Positions 57,207 to 64,000 of a stretch of 64,000 bases of DNA are shown one piece after another. A program made the translations under genes and the position numbers. Source of the DNA: the human T2T-CHM13v2.0 reference genome, Homo sapiens; NCBI RefSeq assembly GCF_009914755.1, contig NC_060928.1; one strand, written 5' to 3'. How positions within the stretch are numbered: the first letter of the stretch is position 1; the number at the start of each line of letters is the position of its first letter. The notes under the pieces were generated by a model. The model searched no databases, had not been told where the DNA came from, and worked only from the letters and a program-made list of their open reading frames with translations.

Positions 57207-58619
57207 TATAATACTGATTGTGGGGGACGTACTGAAGAAAACTGATTTCTCTTTTCTTTTCAGCTGTAGTTAATTTACCTATCCTTTTCCTGAAATGCCA
57301 GTTTTGGGTATTTCATGAAAGCAGAAGACTAGAAAGATAATAAAAACCAAATGAGTGCTTGGCACATTTCTCACACTGTAATGAAACCAGAGTAATTGAG
57401 AGAGTCAGCAAATCACAGTTATCAATCAAATGGTGAATCTGGTGGGTACAGATGCCAAGTCTGATTTGCTGTTGTGGTCCAGAGAACCTGTTTTGTTTTT
57501 GTTATTTATTATTTTTGTTTGGTGTTTGCATTATTCTGAAAAACAGAAAAACACACACATTGTCCCACCAGGTGATACTTACATTTCAGCTTAAGAGTGT
57601 GGATCCAAAGTGGTATTGTAGGCTCAATTTTTAAAAGGAATCTGCCTAACAAATATCTGGACTTAAAGTGTAAAGGAAGTAGAGGAGGTGATTGCAAATA
57701 TAAATAAAAAGAAAAAAGCCACTTCAATTAGTGCCTCAGTTAATCTGGATAGATTGAAAACTCACTTCCAATTCAACTCTAAAATTAATCCTCTTTGATA
57801 ATATAAGGGACATTTTATGCAGTGATTTCAGAAATAATGAATTTATAAAAAAAAATAAGGAAAGGAAAAGAAAAAAAGAGAAGAAAAGGTTAAATCCCAG
57901 ATCTTTGGATTTAAAAAAAAACTGTTGTCCCTCTTAAATTTTCATTTACCTCCTTTATTTGACCTTACTCCTATCCAGAAAACACAAGTAAATTGTCTTT
58001 TTTTCTTCCTTTTTTCTAATTAAAAGATTGTTTTATATATTCAGGCTGGATTCAGAACAAAAGTAATTCTCACCCTAGTGTTGAATTTTTAATATGTGAA
58101 GCTCAAAAGTTTTGAGATTTTTGGTTCCAAACATTTTACTAAATGTTAACGTTGACAAATGAGTCACCCAAGTCTTAGTTCTTATCATTTAGTTTCTGAT
58201 GAAAAAAGTAACTGGCTTTAACCACAACTTAAGGGAAAGAACAGTTGCTTCTCTCCTACTGATAAAAATTTCAGCACTATAGGCAAGTTCCCTTGATGCT
58301 AATATAGATATGGTGGGCCCAACAGACAGGTGGAGTTGGCAAATAAATGTTCATTTCTTCCTTTTATGACTCAATGTTATCATGAGGGAAATTGAGAACA
58401 TTTCCACAACACAGCTGTGTGGGATTCTCCAGCTCGTCTATCAAGATAACACAGTCTTTTACTCCCCTGCAGTTTGGCAACCAGTGGAGAGCTGAGTGGG
58501 AGATGGAAGATTACTCTCGAGTTCTTAGCTCCACTTGAAGTGAAAGTCGTGTTTCAGAGTTTGCTACTTCTGTTGATCAATTCAAAGTCTCTGGAGTTAT
58601 TTGCAGGTTACTCTAGCTA

Positions 58620-58940
58620 ACAGAATCATATTATCAGGACTGGATACAATTTTACAGGTCATTTAATCAGTGCTTGTGCCCCCTGTCTAGCTCACTGCAA
58701 GTCCTCTTCCAGCATGTGACTGTATACCTCTGATGAAAGAAAACCTAACACTTTCCACAGATACATTTCTATTTTTAAAGACCTCTATTTTTTAGAAGAT
58801 TCTTCATTATATTTATTTTAAGCCTACCAAAATACAATTTGTATTTACTGTTTCTGAGTTTGCACTTTGAGGTCATTCATAGGAAACTGACTCCTTTTTA
58901 TGCAAGTACACCCTTAAATTCTTGAAAGAAATCGTCATGT
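58620..58940 (-). mobile_element. Possible CR1/L3 LINE relic
   Basis: tacctctgatgaaagaaaacctaacactttcc..tttagaagattcttcattata resembles the reversed L3 3' region; highly degenerate. Confidence 0.45.
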
Positions 58941-59258
58941 TCATTAGGTGGTTGTTCCTGTAATAAAGTCTCAAGTCTTTTCTCTTTTGGATGGGATAAC
59001 TCAGCTCAATACTCAAAGCGTGATTAGATCATTAAGCAGTAAAATGTGCCTGTTACTTTGCTGACTCAATGATTGGACTTTGTCAACTAGAGTTAAGTAC
59101 TTCCTATGATCTCAGCCCAGCTACAGAAAGAGAAATGGAAGACATTGCTGGCCATTTGTAGGAAGCAACGTAGTTAATGCAGACACATAGTAATAATTTA
59201 TGCTTTGAATTTCTTCAAGTTTTGAAGGAAAAAAATTACATAAATAAAAATCAAATTT

Positions 59259-59580
59259 GGTCAGAAATGGCTCATGTGTGTAGCCCCAGCACTTTGGGAG
59301 GTCAAGGCAGGAGGACTGCTTGAGGGTAGGAGTTTGAGACCAGCCTGGGCAGCATAGCAAGACCTCATCTCTAAAAAAAAAACTTTAAAATAAAATGATC
59401 TGGGTGTAGTGGCACAGATCAACAGTGCTGATTTGTTGTCCTAGCTACTTAGGAGGTTGAGGCAGGAGATTGCTTGATCCCAAGAGGTTGAGGCCAGTGA
59501 GCTACGGTTGTGCCACTGTACTCCAGGCAGGGTAACAGAGAGAGACCCTGTCTCTAAAAACAACAACGACAACAAACAAG
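59259..59580 (+). mobile_element. AluJ
   Basis: ggcaggaggactgcttgag, cctgggcagcatagcaagacc, gtgagctacg; TSD aa(a/g)tcaaatttg on both sides. Confidence 0.92.
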
Positions 59581-59929
59581 AAGTCAAATTTGCCATCTTC
59601 CCCCATTAGTCAATGACCTTTCCACACACTTCCAGACTCAAAATTTTATAAGTATCCTCTAATCTTCTTCATCTTTGCTATCAAATGAGTTGTCTAGTTT
59701 CACTTCATTTCTGCTACTGCCATTCTTGTCCCTGGGGCCTTATTACTAAACTAAAGGCTTAAACTCTTACAGTTTGTTTGATGTGACTTTAGTGACATCT
59801 AGCTCAACCATGCACTTATCTTGATTCCTAAGTCTTTAAAATTCTCAAATGCAGTTAAATTGAGTGAGAGCAGGAGGGAAAGGAAAATTATAACAAACTG
59901 ACAAACTCATGCCAAGTCAGAAGAGGACT

Positions 59930-60125
59930 CTATTTTCAAAGGTTCTCGCACAGAAGAATACAAGTTCAGCATTGCCAGGGTCCAGGTTTTTGAGAGAATT
60001 ACAAATTCCTATTTTTAAATAAACTCCTTTGAGTTTTCTAAAGGTTAGTGTTCTTTAAGGGAGTCCTTTTTGCCAAATGTATCTTCTGGCTAGCTCTAGC
60101 CTATGGACCATCAGCTTGGGACCAT
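59930..60125. mobile_element. Possible MER102-like hAT-Charlie fragment
   Basis: cattgccag..tttttgagagaa..aaattcctattttta and gcctatggaccatcagcttgggacc. Confidence 0.4.
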
Positions 60126-61432
60126 TGTTCAATACTCAAATGTTCTCGGTCATCTCAATAATTCTTATAATGACCTGAAAAGTATTAAAGAGAGTATTAC
60201 TGAGACACTAAAAAAGTTATAATACAATATGGAACAACTTTACAAATACTTATAATACAACATTTAACAAAAATATGAAAATTATGTATCGTTTGTTAAT
60301 AATTATATCCTTAGGATACTGCTTTTGAATAAATAAAGACAATAAAAAATGAACAATTTTATAAGTTTGGATGGAAAGAATGTGGGTGACTAAAATATTT
60401 TCTTCCTTCTCCTAGTCATTGTTTTCCTAATTCTCTTCTATGAGACTATATGACTTCCCAAAAGTACAAAATCCATAAATATACCTGAATTATTATATGT
60501 AAGTGAAAGGAAAATCAGAACAGAAGACATAGGAATTTACTGGTGTATTAACCTTCCCTTGCAGCATGTCTGTACTCTTTAGTCTTATGTTCTTTTTTTT
60601 AAATGCAAACATGTGCTCAAACTGTTTTTTTCAGAAGCAATTTTGGTGGAAAGACTGGAAATGTTGTAACATCAAGTTGAAGGGGATAAAAATGGAAAAC
60701 GAAAATACTATGTTTACTAGTAAGAGTGTGAAAGAGGGAAAAACATATACCAGATATAAGGTTGATCAAATTAATTTTGCTATGTTGGCTCTTTCTAGTG
60801 AGATTTGATTTACTCAAAACTAACATTTTTTGAGCACTTCTTCAAGGTACTATTGCTATCTTCATATATTTTCTCCTTATTAATGATAAAGAAAGTTAGA
60901 TCTGGTGAGGTTAGCCCAACATCACAGAGCTCCTAAGTACCAGAGCCAGGGTCCATCCCGGGTCACACTTCCTCCGCAGTAGACATGACTGCCTATTGCT
61001 TACAAGCCAAATAATCTCAAGTCAACATTGAAAAAACTCTGATTTATGTATGCTAATTCCCAACAAAGCAAAATTAGGACTTGGTGCTTTTCTAATATGT
61101 CTCTCTCTCTCATCAGATTTGCGGCCTATCAAATGGACCTGCCATCATGGTCCGTGGTGCTTTCACTGGACATAATTATGCTTCTGCTGAGGTTTCTTTC
61201 TTTTCTTATTTTTCCCCTTCTCTTTGCACCCAGCCATACAATGACTATGACTGGCCATTTTGAGTGTCAGAGGTCACATACCCTTCCCTTCTGTACCAAA
61301 GTCATTATTAGAAAACTCAAGACTCTTGGATTTGAAATTTCTTCCTTGAAGATAATATAAAGAGCAAATAAGCCACAGCCCTGTTGCCGTAAATTCAATG
61401 TAGCATGACAGTGTGAAGGCTAGCTAACTCCA

Positions 61433-61971
61433 CATATTAAAAATATTCTTTTACTTTTTATTCTTGATTAGTTGACACCTAGAGCCCAGGAGAGACTGCC
61501 CTTCTCAGGGTTACTTAATAGGGATAGAAATGACACATCTATAAGGGTGTCTTTTCTATGCAAACTAACCCATCCAGAGCCCATATCCCAACTATCTCCT
61601 CCATCAGATTTTCATACTCTAGGCCACTATTCTCCATCCTAGTCACCCCAGGGCCAGGTACCAGACAACTACAGATAGCCCCTATACCTTAGAGCCTGCT
61701 GGAATTATTCATACTAGGAAACCCTAAACCTTTTTACTCTGTCTCATTTATCCCTTCCCATGGAACAATGCTCTTGTCCATGTTTTCCCCTACACCTTCT
61801 GTTTCCTGACTGACTGTGGTGATGCCCTGTGGGCCCCCCAACAGCATGGCAAGATACGTGCCCTCCTCTTGGTATCAGTGAGTATCACAAGCTGTCTTTT
61901 CAATGGCAGTCATCTCCTAATGTGTTGGTCCCACCATACCTGAACAAAAACGAAATCTACATTTTAAAACA
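61433..61971 (+). mobile_element. MER74-like ERVL solo LTR
   Basis: tcaccccagggccaggtaccagacaacta, tttcaatggcagtcatctcct, ctacattttaaaaca; 5-bp TSD ctcca at 61428-61432 and 61972-61976. Confidence 0.88.
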
Positions 61972-63589
61972 CTCCAGAAAAGCCCAGTCTCATGGCATGA
62001 TTCACACTCCCTGGAATGCTATGTGTGTTATTATGATTCTGTATGTGCTGAGCATTAAAAGAGCACAGCAGAGTCAGCTGTGATTCCAACTGGGGCTTTT
62101 ACAGCCTGGTTTGGACAATAGCTCTTAAATGGCTCCACTTATATTAAGAGAGGATTCTTCAGTGTATTGATAATGTACACAAAATCTTTGTTTGTCATAC
62201 AGATGATTAAAAATATCAGTGCGTCGTGTCAGTGTTTAAAACACGGGATGGGGGAACAGCCTGATGTTTCATCACAGGTCTGCCCCCAGAAACTATGTGA
62301 GCTCATGTAGGCACTGACCTATCACATACTAAATGGGTACGTCTAAGCTCTTTGCAAGAAGTTAAAAGTAAAACCAATAGAACGAAGAGTTGCAAGACTA
62401 AAACATAAATGTTTAAATGCAACTCTCTCTGAGAAAAGTTTTGAATGCCTAAAATGAATTCAGGCTGAATAGAAAATGCTCACAGCTACCACATAAAGCA
62501 TTGTTTATTTTCTCTTGTAAAGACTCATTCCCTCAATATCTTTTCTTTGCCAATTTGTGACGTTCTCTGGGGCAATTTCCAATCACCGCTGCTGCCAGCC
62601 AGCTGATCACCATAGTAGTCAACACAATGACCCAGGAGAGCACCAAGACACCCCGCTGTCAACCGGTTTGCAGGATGTAGCCTCAGCAAAGTGAAGAGCT
62701 CCAAACACCCCTGTGCTCTCTGGCTCAAACTTGGCAGTTTGGGGAGGCTGCCAGGACAACACCAGGAGGGGAGCCAGGGGAGCAGTGTGCCAGAGTCAGC
62801 AGGTGGCAATGGCCAACAGCAGCTCAGAGAGGCAGATCAGTCTTTCCAGCAGTGAAGACAGCCAACCGAGGTGGGAGCCAATGCAGCCCTTGTTATCCAA
62901 TGTATAGGCATTGTTATAAATGACATCAGAACCCCCTGTACATTTCTCATTGGGCTTGTTAGCCAGGTGGCAGTCTTACCAGTCATCATTGCTCCAAGCA
63001 GAGCGTATGTTATAATGTTTAACTTACACTTGAGGCCAGAGAATTACATTTCTTGGAATAATGTCTTGGAGACACAGTAACAATGAGTTCTAGTATTTAT
63101 ACAATCCTGTTCTATAAAGCAGTTAATGTACCTGACAGACAGCACTTAAGTGAGATTTAGACCACTGCTCACAAATTGGTAAGGAAATGCTATCCAGCCA
63201 CTTAAAATATTTGAAACCTAATATGTAGATATAATATTTTAGAATTCAGATCATGTAAAAATTGAGATAAAATTAAAATAAAAATCCAGGAGTTCTGAGT
63301 GTCATTTTTATACACAATCCAACATATCAGTTGATGTAGTATATAAAAGTCTGAGTGATGCCAGTACATTTGTGTTCACGTTCTATTCCCCTGAAATGGC
63401 AAGACTGAAATACAGTAGAATACTGGCCTCTTTTCTTAATTTCAATCCAGAATAGGATTACATATGCATTAGGGAAGTGAAAATTATTCATTATAAAACT
63501 AAATCTTTTCAAGAGCAGAGATAATATACAAAACAGATGTTATAAAAGATACTTTTCAAGTTGGAATGTTCCAACAAGTTGTAATATGT

Positions 63590-64000
63590 TTCTGAAATGA
63601 GCAGAGCCTATCAATCAAGAAATATTCTTGCTTGCTTATAACAAATTAAGCACTCTTCTAGAATTTGTATACTTGAGGAATACATTTAAAAAATTAAAAC
63701 GGACTATCTGTGTTTTTGAGGATATTACAATCTTGTTGACAGATCAAAACTAGCAAGAGGATTACCAGCCAACATTAAAGGAGACCCAGTTCCAGAATTT
63801 TCTTGCTATCAGCCCAGGAGGAGAGAAAAGATTATGGAGGCCAGGAGTAGTACAGGAAGACTGCACGGAGGAGGTGGGATAAATTGCCAGGACTTAGCAT
63901 GGGTAAGATTGGACTCCACAGCCTTCATTATATGCAGCCCTAGACTAGGAGTCAGAGTTTCATCTGCCACTATATAATGGTGATTACTATGATAAGTTCA
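63590..64000. mobile_element. L2 (-) fragment followed by a MIR (+) fragment at the window end
   Basis: caggaagactgcacggaggaggtgg; ccctagactaggagtcaga..tctgccact. Confidence 0.55.

Noticed and set aside
54030-57265. Strong isolated + strand acceptors at 54073 and 57263 (also 5304) and CCG|GTAAGT donors at ~34496 (+) and ~46648 (-)
   Set aside because: Cannot be assembled into a consistent exon chain; such sites are common in AT-rich mammalian DNA
59578-59597. aagtcaaatttgcca resembling the putative left TSD of the L1PB at ~47550
   Set aside because: Already explained as the AluJ TSD; the match is imperfect and there is no adjacent L1 tail
62535-62660. - strand frame GVLVLSWVIVLTTMVISWLAAAVIGNCPRERHKLAKKRY, resembling a transmembrane segment with a basic tail
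   Set aside because: Preceded by an in-frame TGA, the possible acceptor lacks a pyrimidine tract, and no partner exons were found

Overview
Primate (catarrhine, human-like; AluY present) AT-rich, CpG-depleted nuclear DNA of intergenic or deep-intronic type. I recognise no intact protein-coding gene, RNA gene or CpG island; the longer ORFs come from L1, Tigger1, THE1 or Alu sequence or are chance ORFs. A large part of the window is interspersed repeats: MIR/L2/CR1 relics, MaLR/ERVL/ERV1 LTRs, a full THE1 provirus, Tigger1 and hAT/Tigger MITEs, five Alus plus a FAM, and two multi-kb L1s. The most informative signals are insertion and repair scars readable from the sequence: two L1 3' transductions with outer target-site duplications (17181-17490 and 54643-55470, the second ending at a captured MaLR LTR polyA signal), a twin-primed 5'-inverted L1 hosting nested insertions (34991-42293), a 192-bp inverted copy of an L1's own endonuclease region inserted about 1.5 kb downstream (51722-51913 vs 50061-50252, 7 mismatches), and a patchwork of inverted micro-repeats (47148-47254). 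Several unique blocks may be enhancers, CTCF sites or lncRNA exons, but sequence alone cannot establish this. I found no evidence for a wholly new biological system. Subfamily names come from recalled consensus sequences and need RepeatMasker/Dfam confirmation; boundaries of old repeats are approximate.
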